Assembly (NCBI GenBank): GCA_016748015.1
Contig: JAAOMT010000470.1
Span: forward strand, 242,509 to 306,508
Direction of reading: 5' to 3'
DNA: 64,000 bases
From: Geosiphon pyriformis uo1
Lineage: Eukaryota; Fungi; Glomeromycota
The translations under genes and the position numbers were made by a program. The notes under the pieces were generated by a model. That model was not told the origin of the DNA. It saw only the letters and a program-made list of their open reading frames with translations, and ran no database searches. Of this stretch, positions 62,539 to 64,000 are shown piece by piece (the stretch's first letter is position 1; every line of letters begins with the position of its first letter).

Positions 62539-64000
62539 ATGGCAAACATTCAATCTAAAGTCGCCTCATTAGAGAACGGGTTTCCAAGCTTATAGCTGAG
62601 AATACTGAAATTAGAAAGAAGTATTCTGAGATCGAAGCTAAGGCAGGCTATAGAAGAAAATACAAAGCGCGATGCTAGAGTTGAGGAACTAGAGCAAAAG
62701 AATATAGAGCTTGAGAACAGACTCGCTATATTAGAACAGGGAAAAAAAGAAAAAAGTATTTCTACGGAAGATATTTCGCAGATGTGATGAGTCAGAGACT
62801 CGTGGCTATGCCACTGATACCCCGATATCTGATATAACTGATAACACTTTAAATTCTAACGATACTCATGAACAGATAGTCTCACATAATGAGGAGTCTA
62901 ACATATCTAGCTACGAAGTGACCGCCTCCGGCAATTCTGATATATACCAGGAATCGGTGACCCCCACACCTATTCCCGCGGAAACCATATCAATGGAAGA
63001 GAAAGAAGAAAATGAATTTCTGAAACGAGTACATAAAGAACAGATTAGTAATGAAATAAGAGAAAGAAATCGGGAAAAAAAGCATAGATCCAAAGATTTG
63101 TCTTCGGATAATAATTCATCAGAACAGTCTAATTTATGTGATATAAAAACTGTTACACTGGAAACGAATCCAAAGGACTCGACTGAGGTAAGTGAGGAAG
63201 AAACAAAGTCTCGGGTCTACGACTCATCAAATCTGAACATGCTAGAAATATGCCCCGAGACCAAATCACCTACTAATCAGAAAATCCCCTATAATCAAAA
63301 AGTGGAGCGAGGTTTAAGATATGAATTATCTATTTGCATTAGATACGATATCAGTAATGCTAAAAGCGGAGTTAGTACCAAGGCACATAAAATATTTGAT
63401 ATTCAGATTCCCGAATTCTCTTTAGAAACAATTTTAACGGGATCTTGTAAAGTTACAGCACAAAATATAGTTGATTTATTTAAGGTAGCAATGAAGGTTA
63501 GACAAAAGGAAAGTTTATGCTGGTATTGTTACTATAAAGCGTATGAGAATCGAATCAAGGATATTAAGTCTGAATAATATTGATGACCAATCGGCAAGGA
63601 CATGAGTATATAACGAAATCAAATTGTTTCTTCCCGATATTACTGTTGTAAACTTGCGTTAAATAACTTCCAGAGCTAAAAAAGTCTATGTGTTATACGA
63701 AGGAATAGGAATAGATAAAATTAGTCAAGTGACTTATAGCGCAAGTGCTATTTCAAATCCAAAATATTATACATGATTTTTCCAAGAAGTCAAATGATAT
63801 GAATTGCCAGGAACAGAGTACTATTTCTTCCGAAACAAAAGTGATCGGCGTGACAAATTGTCACGCACATATGTCAGATCTATCTAACTCAAACGATTCA
63901 TTGGCAGAGTTGACACGGTCAAAATTACCAGAAATCGAGGTAAGTGAGGAGGCCAAGAAAACTTTACCGGAAACTGAGGCAACCCATGACCATACTTATT
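62539..64000 (+). pseudogene. Pseudogene of an expanded Glomeromycotina hypothetical family (N-terminal coiled coil, central WY.Y.K.Y...RAKKVY.L..GIG.DKI domain)
   Basis: MANIQSKVASLE, RDARVEELEQKNIELENRLAILEQ, 219-aa ORF 62918-63577, then DDQSART*VYNEIK..NLR*ITSRAKKVYVLYEGIGIDKI after a frameshift; several frameshifts and stops. Confidence 0.8.

Overview
Very AT-rich eukaryotic DNA, by eye a fungus of the Glomeromycotina/Mucoromycota type (about 70-nt GT-AG introns; the retroelement and hypothetical-protein families recall Geosiphon/Archaeosporales, which is inference). About 85% of the window is a nested graveyard of transposons: Ty3/Gypsy LTR elements of three LTR families (some with dUTPase and an extra ORF after integrase), RNase H-bearing LINEs, and an IS630/Tc1/mariner-type DNA transposase. 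All are crippled by C:G->T:A transitions. Three CpG-retaining islands (1-~790, ~21570-23312, ~59945-64000) hold copies of one intron-containing gene. Its pieces together read like a PD-(D/E)xK (Crinkler-type REase) nuclease. Each copy carries the same 75-bp alternating (A/B) tandem array in exon 2 and runs into an assembly gap or the window edge. A fourth, hypermutated copy lies at 5498-6040. In copies 1 and 2 the sequence just upstream of the start codon is a deleted version of the gene's own downstream flank, fused inside a palindrome, which suggests a head-to-tail or circular intermediate. Also reconstructable by eye: an 8.65-kb inversion (34071-42721) splitting both a Gypsy and a LINE, and a full-length LINE with a 14-bp TSD inside a solo LTR. 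No rRNA, tRNA or CRISPR array was found. All calls come from manual reading; no searches were run.
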